Shown here: positions 1 through 7,612 of the stretch, one piece after another
Layout: each line of letters opens with the position of its first letter
How positions within the stretch are numbered: the first letter of the stretch is position 1
Source: a virus
Length of the DNA stretch: 64,000 bases
Strand: one strand, 5' to 3'
IMG/VR virus record: IMGVR_UViG_2974715105_000001
Span: 720 to 64,719 of that record
Notes under the pieces: model-generated
Seen by the model: only the letters and a program-made list of their open reading frames with translations
Databases searched by the model: none
Told to the model about the DNA's origin: nothing
Position numbers and translations under genes: made by a program

Positions 1-1086
1 ATCGCCCGTAACCTGTCGGAAATCAAGTCCACCGAAGGCATCGACATTCTCTGGCTTGAGGAAGCTCACTATCTGACCCAGGAGCAATGGGAAGTCATCG
101 AGCCGACCATCCGGAAAGAGAACTCAGAAATCTGGATCATCTTCAACCCGAACGAAGTGACCGACTTCGTGTATCAGAACTTCGTGGTCAAGCCACCGAA
201 AGATTCCTGCGTCAAGATGATCAACTGGAATGAAAATCCGTTCCTCAGTGAGACGATGCTCAAAGTCATTCACGAAGCATATGAGCGCGACCGGGAGCAG
301 GCCGAGCACATTTATGGCGGGATTCCGAAGACTGGTGGCGACAAATCCGTCATCAATCTCAAGTTCATTCTTGCGGCCATCGACGCCCACAAGAAACTCG
401 GCTGGGAGCCGGCCGGATCGAAGCGCATCGGCTTCGACGTTGCGGACGACGGCGAGGATGCGAACGCAACTACGCTCATGCACGGCAACGTCATTATGGA
501 AGTGGACGAATGGGACGGCCTGGAAGATGAACTGCTCAAGTCGTCCAGCCGCGTTTACAACCTGGCGAAGATGAAAGGCGCCTCGGTCACTTATGACTCC
601 ATCGGCGTCGGCGCTCACGTCGGATCGAAGTTCGCCGAGTTGAACGATGCCAGTCCCGACTTCAAACTGATCTATGATCCATTCAACGCGGGCGGCGCTG
701 TCGATAAGCCTGATGATATCTACATGAAGCTGCCGCACACGACGATCAAGAACAAAGACCACTTCAGCAACATCAAGGCGCAGAAGTGGGAAGAAGTCGC
801 GACCCGATTCCGGAAGACTTATGAAGCGGTTGAGCATGGAAAGGTTTATCCCTTCGACGAATTGATTTCGATCAACTCTGAAACGATTCACCCGGACAAA
901 CTAAATCAACTGTGTATCGAACTTTCGTCGCCGCGCAAAGACCTGGACATGAACGGCCGGTTCAAAGTCGAGTCCAAGAAGGATATGCGCGAGAAACGCA
1001 AGATCAAGTCGCCGAACATCGCTGACTCGGTGATTATGTCGGCCATTCTGCCGATCCGGAAGCCCAAAGGTTTCTTCGACTTCTAA
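1..1086 (+). CDS. terL: Terminase large subunit, 5'-truncated by window edge
   Basis: Frame is open from base 1 (IARNLSEIKSTEGIDILWLEEAH, Walker B). C-terminal nuclease motifs GFDVADDGED and SPNIADS. Confidence 0.93.
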   Translation: MARNLSEIKSTEGIDILWLEEAHYLTQEQWEVIEPTIRKENSEIWIIFNPNEVTDFVYQNFVVKPPKDSCVKMINWNENPFLSETMLKVIHEAYERDREQAEHIYGGIPKTGGDKSVINLKFILAAIDAHKKLGWEPAGSKRIGFDVADDGEDANATTLMHGNVIMEVDEWDGLEDELLKSSSRVYNLAKMKGASVTYDSIGVGAHVGSKFAELNDASPDFKLIYDPFNAGGAVDKPDDIYMKLPHTTIKNKDHFSNIKAQKWEEVATRFRKTYEAVEHGKVYPFDELISINSETIHPDKLNQLCIELSSPRKDLDMNGRFKVESKKDMREKRKIKSPNIADSVIMSAILPIRKPKGFFDF

Positions 1087-1094
1087 ACACAGAA

Positions 1095-1116
1095 AAGCCC
1101 GGATCGCTCCGGGCTT
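1095..1116. terminator. Intrinsic terminator between convergent genes
   Basis: AAGCCCGGA-TCGC-TCCGGGCTT hairpin, A-run on the left side. Confidence 0.75.
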
Positions 1117-1122
1117 CGGGTC

Positions 1123-1506
1123 TTACTCGGTGTGGTTCCTGGCGCTGAGTGTCGACGCAACGGCCTCGCCGACTCCCAGGGCTTCCTGGCCGGCCGCGAG
1201 CGCTTCGGCTTCCGACTCGACGATGAAGTCATCACCTTGGCCGTCGCCTGGCGGAACCTCGACCAGCACGGCTTCTTCGCCTTCGAACCGCAGGTCATAA
1301 GTCTTTTCGACGGACAGTCCGTAACGGGCATTGAGCGCATCCCAGAGCTGAGCTTCATAGTTGCGCAGGTCTTGCAGAGATTTCTGGTGGCTGAGCATCG
1401 CCATATCGACGGCCCGTTGCAGGGTTTCGTCCAGGACGTTGAATCGCATGCGAAGAGAACGAATCCGCTCGACCACTTCCGCATCCACTACATGTCTTTC
1501 GATCAT
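1123..1506 (-). CDS. Hypothetical protein, acidic (127 aa)
   Basis: ORF in a coupled leftward array; start overlaps the upstream stop. Confidence 0.75.
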   Translation of the reverse strand: MIERHVVDAEVVERIRSLRMRFNVLDETLQRAVDMAMLSHQKSLQDLRNYEAQLWDALNARYGLSVEKTYDLRFEGEEAVLVEVPPGDGQGDDFIVESEAEALAAGQEALGVGEAVASTLSARNHTE

Positions 1507-1721
1507 CGCTTTTCACCTTTGCTGAATGTTACGTTGTAGCCATTGTCGGCCAGGTAGGTCAGGGCGCCTTCGAAGGAAGTTCCGACGAGATGCTTGAGCT
1601 GCATTTCGCGTTGCGCGGCGATCCAGAATGCCGTTCCGGAGAACTCTGCGTGGCCTTCCGACAATACCTTGCCATCAGGCCCGTCGATCCGAACGTGAAC
1701 GGAAGATAGCTTCAGTACCAT
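1503..1721 (-). CDS. Hypothetical protein (72 aa)
   Basis: TGATG stop/start overlap with the upstream gene at 1721. Confidence 0.72.
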   Translation of the reverse strand: MVLKLSSVHVRIDGPDGKVLSEGHAEFSGTAFWIAAQREMQLKHLVGTSFEGALTYLADNGYNVTFSKGEKR

Positions 1722-2071
1722 CAATGAATCCCTCCACTGGCTTGCGACGGCATGCTTTCAGCGCGAGCGGCTTCACAGTCCGGGCAGGGACAGGCTTGGC
1801 GGACGCGCTCCAACTCGTCGGCGTCCATGACATAGAGCTTCCCATCGGAAGTGTCGTGCGCCATGGCGATGTTCGGGAAGTCGGTGGCGCTCAGGCCGGC
1901 GACAGCGCGGATTTCGCCCCAGAGCGCTTCATTCTCGGCATTCAGGCGAGCGGCGAGCGCTTCGTGCTCTTTCGCTACACGCGCCATGAACTCGTCCATC
2001 CGGAATGCGAATTCCGCATCGATGGCGCGGGCCGAGGCCATAGAGCTGAGGTGAATCGGTTCTTTCTTCAT
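1721..2071 (-). CDS. Hypothetical protein (116 aa) with C-terminal CPCPDC motif
   Basis: ORF preceded by AAAAGAGA; coiled-coil N-half and Cys cluster. Confidence 0.75.
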   Translation of the reverse strand: MKKEPIHLSSMASARAIDAEFAFRMDEFMARVAKEHEALAARLNAENEALWGEIRAVAGLSATDFPNIAMAHDTSDGKLYVMDADELERVRQACPCPDCEAARAESMPSQASGGIH

Positions 2072-2115
2072 GGTGATTCTCTTTTGGCTGGGGTTTGTGG
2101 TCTACCCAGGCCTAT

Positions 2116-2517
2116 TCAAAGCCTGGGTAGCATGGTGCTGAAAATGAACAAGAATGCTACAAACGCCAATAGCGTCCCTGCGAGCATTCTTTCTTGACTC
2201 TGCAGCTCAGCACACTCCTTGGTGGACATTCCTTGCTGCGCCGCCTCGGCCGCGAAGCGGGCTTTCGCCTCGATAACTTCCGGGCGCAGCGAAAGGACAT
2301 ATTCTAAGGCCTCTTCCCGCGCCTTTTCGACCTCGACCAACCTAGGGTCGCGGGCCGAGACTTCGCTGTGCCCTGGCCTCGCGGGATGGGCCTGCAGCGC
2401 TTGAGGAAGTTCGGCTGCCACGACTCCATAGTCGGAGCAGGCCCAAGCGATCCCGATGAGGATCGCGAGGATGGACTGGACGATTCGCAGCATCACTTTG
2501 TCGCTAGGAAGACTCAT
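2116..2517 (-). CDS. Membrane protein with N-terminal signal/lipobox-like segment and C-terminal TM helix
   Basis: RBS GGAGGA; ILAILIGIAWAC near the N-terminus; LAGTLLAFVAFLFIFSTML at the C-terminus. Confidence 0.75.
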   Translation of the reverse strand: MSLPSDKVMLRIVQSILAILIGIAWACSDYGVVAAELPQALQAHPARPGHSEVSARDPRLVEVEKAREEALEYVLSLRPEVIEAKARFAAEAAQQGMSTKECAELQSQERMLAGTLLAFVAFLFIFSTMLPRL

Positions 2518-2519
2518 GG

Positions 2520-3299
2520 TTAATCCTCCACCGACCGAACGATTTCCATATTGCGCCCGGCATTGGTTCCGGCAGCGTAGGCGCGCCGACCGTCACTGTC
2601 TTCCAGACGCATGAGTTTGGTAACATTCGACTTCTTGTAACCCGGATCGCCGAAATGTTCGTGGACCGCAGCCTCTTTCACCACAACCAGAGACGTTCCG
2701 GCCGAGGAAACCAGTTCCATACGTTTCCTGGTGATGGATTGGAGGCGATAGCTGATTTCCTGGGTCGCGGCGAGCTTAAATTGCGCGGCAACCTTGACGT
2801 TAAACCGCTCGAACCCTTGAGCCTTCTGATATTCCCGGCACAGACGGTCTACTGCCTCGACCAGGGAGTTGAACATGTTCACCGCAAGCTCAACATCCGA
2901 TTTGTAGCCTTTAAATCGAACGGCATGACCCCAGCGCTTGGTGGTGCTGCCGTCGCGAGCGCTCCTGGACGCCTTAGCCGATGCTCGGTGATTGTTGATG
3001 CCACCGGCGAAATCCATGATGCAATCATTATACGTCGCCACTGCCACCGAGAAGAACTTCATCCAGTTCGGGATTGCGGAATAGTAGCGAGTAGCAATTT
3101 GCTCGTCGAATTCTTCGCGAATCTCACCGGTCGCTTCGAAGTCGTGAAGGTCATATTTATCCTTCAGCTTCTTCACGCGTTCTGCCGCGATGGCAGCTTC
3201 GTGCGGACTGGAAGAGTCGGCCGCCATTGCAGTCAGCTTGCGAATGCGATCTTTCGCCTTCTCGATGGCTTCAGGAGTGAATTCGTTATGGTCGGTCAT
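2520..3299 (-). CDS. DUF2786-like protein (259 aa)
   Basis: N-terminal KAKDRIRKLTAMAADSSSPHEAAIAAERVKKLKDKYDL resembles DUF2786; C-terminal AYAAGTNAG; RBS AAGGA before ATG 3299. Confidence 0.75.
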   Translation of the reverse strand: MTDHNEFTPEAIEKAKDRIRKLTAMAADSSSPHEAAIAAERVKKLKDKYDLHDFEATGEIREEFDEQIATRYYSAIPNWMKFFSVAVATYNDCIMDFAGGINNHRASAKASRSARDGSTTKRWGHAVRFKGYKSDVELAVNMFNSLVEAVDRLCREYQKAQGFERFNVKVAAQFKLAATQEISYRLQSITRKRMELVSSAGTSLVVVKEAAVHEHFGDPGYKKSNVTKLMRLEDSDGRRAYAAGTNAGRNMEIVRSVED

Positions 3300-3322
3300 G
3301 GTCGGTTCCTTTTGTCTGAAGG

Positions 3323-3371
3323 TTTCGCGTTTCGATGGAGCTATTCTGCCTTCATCCAGAGTGGAAGTAAA
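3323..3371 (-). promoter_or_regulatory. Early sigma70-like promoter with hairpin and conserved leader
   Basis: GCTTTACT (-35), 17 nt, CAGAAT (-10), then CATCGAAACGCGAAA. Confidence 0.7.
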
Positions 3372-3384
3372 GCATTTTCTTTCA

Positions 3385-3822
3385 TTATTTCGGAAGAGCC
3401 TGGAAATAGTTCCAGATCCAATCGCCTGCGGCCAGGACAACGACGAGAACTGCGAAGAACACGACTGCAGAGACCAATTGTGCGCCAGGCTTCAGCTTGG
3501 GGTGGCTGAGTTTTGGCTCTACCGGATTCGCCGGAGTGCTGGCGCTTGGCCCGGCGTCTTCTGGACCAAAGCCGGCGCCGCGCTCGCGTGCCTGGATGGA
3601 CGCTATGGATTTCAAATACTCTGTCTGCTTTTGCGACTCTTCGTAGATGCCGGCGACGGCGAACCAGAGTGCGAACACTACGGCCGTGCAGACGACCCAG
3701 GCTCCGGTCAGAAGGATGGCCAGCGGACCGATGATTAAGACGGAAGCCGTCAGGACGATGGCGCCGCCCCAGATGATGAAGCCGGCCAGACCATTGGTGA
3801 TGTCGATGCAGAATTTCTTCAT
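3385..3822 (-). CDS. Membrane protein, 2-3 TM helices (145 aa)
   Basis: Hydrophobic N-terminal hairpin and C-terminal TM; RBS AAGGA. Confidence 0.78.
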   Translation of the reverse strand: MKKFCIDITNGLAGFIIWGGAIVLTASVLIIGPLAILLTGAWVVCTAVVFALWFAVAGIYEESQKQTEYLKSIASIQARERGAGFGPEDAGPSASTPANPVEPKLSHPKLKPGAQLVSAVVFFAVLVVVLAAGDWIWNYFQALPK

Positions 3823-3839
3823 TTTTCTGGTTCCTTCGG

Positions 3840-4427
3840 TCAAGGAATGGATGGGATTTGGAACTCGGCGCCGCCGAGGACATCAATGACGATCTCCCAG
3901 AGCGTCGGAACCGACCACTGATAACGGTCGAAGTCGGTTTCAGGATCGACTCCCATGGTTACATAGGAAGTGGCCGGCCATTTGTGAACGGCGCCTTTTC
4001 GCATGAGAGTGGCCACGCGACCGTCACCGAGCGGATTCGTCCTGTGAGGAACGTAAGCCGACATCGAGTATTGCTGTCCAGCGCCAATGATAAATTCTTG
4101 CCTCTGGCGCAGACATACAGAGCCTACAGGCTCCCAACCGCGACCGCCGCAGGCCTGGCGAGCCGAAGAGTGCTCATACCCTTCATGAGTCAATTCACCG
4201 AGGCGCGCCGAACGATCCACGTAATAATTTGTATTCTCCATAGACCCAACCAGAACCAAGGACTCGAAATCGAATCGGTGATCGTGGATGGAAGAGTGAT
4301 GGAAACAAAGCCGGCGCGGCAGCTCCGGATGCCACACATGGAGGCGTCCGGCCGGGAGCTGGACCTGGACGAAGCCCAGGCCGTGCAGCGTGATTTTGTC
4401 CTTCATCGGATCAGGGACGGTATCCAT
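3840..4427 (-). CDS. Cupin-fold protein, possible metal-dependent dioxygenase (195 aa)
   Basis: RLHVW...SSIHDHRFDFESLVLVG...PHRT pattern; RBS GAGGA. Confidence 0.65.
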   Translation of the reverse strand: MDTVPDPMKDKITLHGLGFVQVQLPAGRLHVWHPELPRRLCFHHSSIHDHRFDFESLVLVGSMENTNYYVDRSARLGELTHEGYEHSSARQACGGRGWEPVGSVCLRQRQEFIIGAGQQYSMSAYVPHRTNPLGDGRVATLMRKGAVHKWPATSYVTMGVDPETDFDRYQWSVPTLWEIVIDVLGGAEFQIPSIP

Positions 4428-4436
4428 GGATAATCC

Positions 4437-4508
4437 TCAGTAGCAGAAGTGGATGGTAAAGGTTATGATGGCCAAGCCGGTCGCCCATAGGAGGGCGAAC
4501 CAGGCCAT
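4437..4508 (-). CDS. Possible 23-aa membrane micropeptide MAWFALLWATGLAIITFTIHFCY
   Basis: Fills the gap between two genes and is fully hydrophobic; not in the ORF track; no clear RBS. Confidence 0.4.
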   Translation of the reverse strand: MAWFALLWATGLAIITFTIHFCY

Positions 4509-4527
4509 GGCTTTGATTGTAAGGGGA

Positions 4528-5460
4528 TCATCCGAAGAACTTTCCGGCGCAGATGGGACCGATGCCCATGTCGATGGATGCGTGATTGGTCAACTCGCGA
4601 CCGCAGCAGGAGCATTGACCAGTCTTCCGACCGTAGGCGACTGCCGATTCCATTGGCTTTTCGAACATCTTCAGGATATCGCCATACTCTGTGTCGGTGC
4701 AGTCGCGGCTCTTGATGAACTTGCCGTTAGTGATCCGGCCGAGGTAGATGTCGCCCAGGACATACAGACTCCCGGCGTTCCGGCTGTTAGCGCTAGCCTC
4801 TTTGACCACAACGATGAGAGGTTCCTCACCTTCGCCAGCCAGACGCATTTTCGGGCGCTTAATACCAGAGTCTTTCGCCTTCTCAAACGCCTTCTCGATT
4901 CCGGAAATGTCCAGAGTCGGCGCAGCAGCCTCCTGCGCGGCCACTTTCTCGCGATGTTTGGCGAGGTTTTCGATGGCTCGCTTAGCAGCAGCAATCTGAT
5001 TTTCGGTCAACGAACCATATCTGTAAAGAGAATCCTTAAGGCTCTGGGCAAAGCTGAAAGAGTTGTCAGTCCACCACTCGATGATGTCCGGGTGAGCGGC
5101 TTCGAAAGCCTGAATTTTAAGGCCGCGATATTGCTCAGCCTTCTGTATTTTCTCGATGCGCTTTTCTGCCGCCTTAGCACGACTCTTGGCGCGTTGCTCC
5201 GGGCTGCTCTTGTACTCTTTATATCCAACGCCGCCGCAGGCAAAGCAGGCGCGACCATAAGACGAAGGACCACGGTACAGGCCGGTGCCTGCGCATTTGG
5301 GGCACTTTTCGCGATACAGCTTCGGTTCCTTCCAGGAGTTCGGGCGGGCACCCATGGACACCTCTTCCAGGGTCTTCGGCGCTTCGTTGTTGACCTCTAC
5401 GGTGGCGAAGTCATCGCCCAGGTCTTCGAAGCCGGTGAACAGATTCTCTGCTGCGTTCAT
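4528..5460 (-). CDS. Protein with N-terminal CxxCxGxG zinc finger and C-terminal DUF6011-like zinc finger (310 aa)
   Basis: CPKCAGTG...CFACGGVG and CSCCGRELTNHASIDMGIGPICAGK; RBS AGGAGA before ATG 5460. Confidence 0.8.
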   Translation of the reverse strand: MNAAENLFTGFEDLGDDFATVEVNNEAPKTLEEVSMGARPNSWKEPKLYREKCPKCAGTGLYRGPSSYGRACFACGGVGYKEYKSSPEQRAKSRAKAAEKRIEKIQKAEQYRGLKIQAFEAAHPDIIEWWTDNSFSFAQSLKDSLYRYGSLTENQIAAAKRAIENLAKHREKVAAQEAAAPTLDISGIEKAFEKAKDSGIKRPKMRLAGEGEEPLIVVVKEASANSRNAGSLYVLGDIYLGRITNGKFIKSRDCTDTEYGDILKMFEKPMESAVAYGRKTGQCSCCGRELTNHASIDMGIGPICAGKFFG

Positions 5461-5563
5461 ATCGATTCTCCTGTTTGGAAAGTTCGTTTCGATGGGTTGA
5501 CTATACTCCATAAATGGAAACGCGGTAGCACTTTCGCACTACCGTTCGTCGGGTTGCTGACGA

Positions 5564-5911
5564 TCAATAAATGTCGCTGCTGATCTTGAACCCATGCTCA
5601 GCGCCGTCGTTGTAGTCATACTCAGCATAGCTGTCGCAGTAGTCATTCAGATGTTGGATGATTCCAAGAACGTCGTTAGCGACCTTGTGACGCTTCGTCG
5701 CGATGGTCTTGGCAATGCTGTCGCCGACTTCCAGGGTTTCGGCGGTCCGGCGATGGATCAACAAACGGCTCCAAAGATAGAGTCGGACCCGGCGAATCAT
5801 GTCACGATGGCGCCTCAGTCGGCTCTGCAGCTCTTCAATTTCGAATTCGCGAGATTTGACTACTCGTCGAAGCTGCTGAACTTCCAATTCCAAATCGGCC
5901 TTAGTAGCCAT
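5564..5911 (-). CDS. Hypothetical coiled-coil protein (115 aa)
   Basis: RBS GAGGTG before MATKADLELE. Confidence 0.72.
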   Translation of the reverse strand: MATKADLELEVQQLRRVVKSREFEIEELQSRLRRHRDMIRRVRLYLWSRLLIHRRTAETLEVGDSIAKTIATKRHKVANDVLGIIQHLNDYCDSYAEYDYNDGAEHGFKISSDIY

Positions 5912-5918
5912 ATTCACC

Positions 5919-6176
5919 TCAGAAAGGGAAATCGTCTGAGGCTCCAGGAAGCTCGACGATTGTTGTTGAGCCTGATCGGTCGAGTATGCATCCGACCGAT
6001 CCTGCCCTATGGGGATAATGCCTGCACGAACCGTAACAAGTAACTTCTTTGACGATTCGCCATGTCGATCCTCCACACCACCTACATGCTGGTGGGCGCT
6101 TCGACTTCAGTTTGCGTTCGTCCAGGACGGCGCGTCTGTCGCAGGAAAGGCAGCGAGTCTTAACCGACGTAACCAT
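5919..6176 (-). CDS. Small Cys/His-rich putative zinc-binding protein (85 aa)
   Basis: CLSC, CRWC, CRHYPHRAGSVGC. Confidence 0.62.
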   Translation of the reverse strand: MVTSVKTRCLSCDRRAVLDERKLKSKRPPACRWCGGSTWRIVKEVTCYGSCRHYPHRAGSVGCILDRSGSTTIVELPGASDDFPF

Positions 6177-6471
6177 GAGTGTAGTCGATCATGCGAATGA
6201 GTTTGTCATCCACCGATTCTCTCGACTTCAAACCGTTCAACGAATCCGACTGGCCGTTGCAATTTCCATTAATATCCATGGAAGACAGAAAGCCTGCCGA
6301 CACTACTGTGATGTCAACTTTGTCTCCAGATTTCTTGAAGCCTTCGCATTCAGCGTCGAGGGCCACCAACGCACTCGCGGCCATGTTGACGTGACTGATT
6401 AAGACGGGGAAGATTACGGGAACTTCACGAGACATTCCACGAACCGTCATCTTCAGCACTACATACTTCAT
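6160..6471 (-). CDS. Hypothetical protein (103 aa)
   Basis: RBS AAAGGA before MKYVVLKMTV. Confidence 0.7.
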   Translation of the reverse strand: MKYVVLKMTVRGMSREVPVIFPVLISHVNMAASALVALDAECEGFKKSGDKVDITVVSAGFLSSMDINGNCNGQSDSLNGLKSRESVDDKLIRMIDYTHGYVG

Positions 6472-6476
6472 ACTCG

Positions 6477-6680
6477 CTATCCTTTTTGTATGTGAGGAAA
6501 GAATTTGCTGTTTTCCGGATGGTGGAAACGTTCGGCCGCAGGCGGTCTTTCTTCCGGACACGGAATCGTCGAAGGCGGGAAAACCGCGCTGGAGATTATC
6601 GCCGCTAGCAGCGCAGCGGATGTCGACATCCACAGGGCAGTTTCCAGGCTGACCCGCACTTCCGGTCGGCGCGGCTTCAT
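6477..6680 (-). CDS. Small single-TM protein (67 aa)
   Basis: LWMSTSAALLAAIISSAVF hydrophobic segment; start overlaps the upstream stop. Confidence 0.55.
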   Translation of the reverse strand: MKPRRPEVRVSLETALWMSTSAALLAAIISSAVFPPSTIPCPEERPPAAERFHHPENSKFFPHIQKG

Positions 6681-7000
6681 TCGCTCCAACCCCTTCCCGG
6701 CTCATAAGACGGGATGCTGCCGCCGCGAATCCAATTGTCCCACATATGGTTCAGACCAGTGGGCGGCTGGGGCGGCGGACTGTAAAAGCCGGGAACTTCT
6801 GTGCTGCTGAGGAAATAAGGCGTGCAAACGGCCCGAACAACCAGCTGATGTCGCTCCCACATCTTATCAATCGCTCTTAGCATGACGTCTTCACACTGAG
6901 CTTTGCTGTCGAACCGTCTGCTGGTATGATCCGGCATCTGGACACAGCCATCGCCAGTACAAAGAAAAGCAGTGGCGATCCATACTGTGATGCTTGCCAT
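6677..7000 (-). CDS. Putative secreted Cys-containing protein (107 aa)
   Basis: Hydrophobic N-terminus MASITVWIATAFLC, four Cys, RBS GAGGGTG. Confidence 0.68.
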   Translation of the reverse strand: MASITVWIATAFLCTGDGCVQMPDHTSRRFDSKAQCEDVMLRAIDKMWERHQLVVRAVCTPYFLSSTEVPGFYSPPPQPPTGLNHMWDNWIRGGSIPSYEPGRGWSE

Positions 7001-7022
7001 ATCGTCACCCTCTTTGGTAGGT

Positions 7023-7060
7023 GAGCAGATTTTATTCCATCTGCTCGTCAGAAGTAAAGC
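7023..7060 (-). promoter_or_regulatory. Sigma70-like promoter with perfect 8-bp hairpin around -10
   Basis: GCTTTACT, 18 nt, TAAAAT; GAGCAGAT/ATCTGCTC inverted repeat. Confidence 0.62.
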
Positions 7061-7433
7061 GCTTTTCGTCGGGATAAATGCCGATGATGTCCGCGTCAAG
7101 CATCCAAATGTCCACGGACGGATCGTTGCTTTCGATCTGGTACAGGTGATACAGCTCTTTCTCGTCACGCGCCGATTCGCCGCGAGGTTCGACGGCCAAG
7201 ATGCGACCGTGCCCTTCTCCATGCTCATCGCGATACATGACGCGATCCCCGACTTTATAGCGGTCTCTTTTAAAGAGGCGCGAGCGCGAGCTGTTCGGCG
7301 ATTCCACTACCCAGGAATCAACAACCGCGTCTTTCACATTGCTGTACCACTTCGCAGATTTGTCGCAGTCGAACACGCCCAGAACTTCGCCGTCCTTCAA
7401 CACGATATGTACGATAGGAAGAAGAGGATTCAT
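7032..7433 (-). CDS. Hypothetical protein (133 aa)
   Basis: First gene of the leftward block; SH3-like YKVGDRVMY...GRILAVE pattern; start could be 7445. Confidence 0.72.
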   Translation of the reverse strand: MNPLLPIVHIVLKDGEVLGVFDCDKSAKWYSNVKDAVVDSWVVESPNSSRSRLFKRDRYKVGDRVMYRDEHGEGHGRILAVEPRGESARDEKELYHLYQIESNDPSVDIWMLDADIIGIYPDEKRFTSDEQME

Positions 7434-7445
7434 GTTAATCTCCAT

Positions 7446-7612
7446 TGGTTGATAATTAGAGTCTAATCTGCCGAAAAGTTCCCGTAAAGAATTATTTTCT
7501 CATAACTGATTAGTTGCGACTGTTAATGTGATGTATATGTTTGAATCTCTTTTGAACGTTTGATGTTTCCCCTATAATAAGCGCACACAACCAGCAACCG
7601 CATGGAATTAAA
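7446..7612. promoter_or_regulatory. AT-rich divergent promoter region
   Basis: Lies between divergent genes; TATAAT at 7573-7578 upstream of the portal. Confidence 0.55.

Noticed and set aside
2104-2130. Hairpin TACCCAGGC...GCCTGGGTA as a terminator
   Set aside because: No U-tract on either strand and it overlaps the end of the 2116 gene. It may be a processing or stability hairpin, but there is no support.
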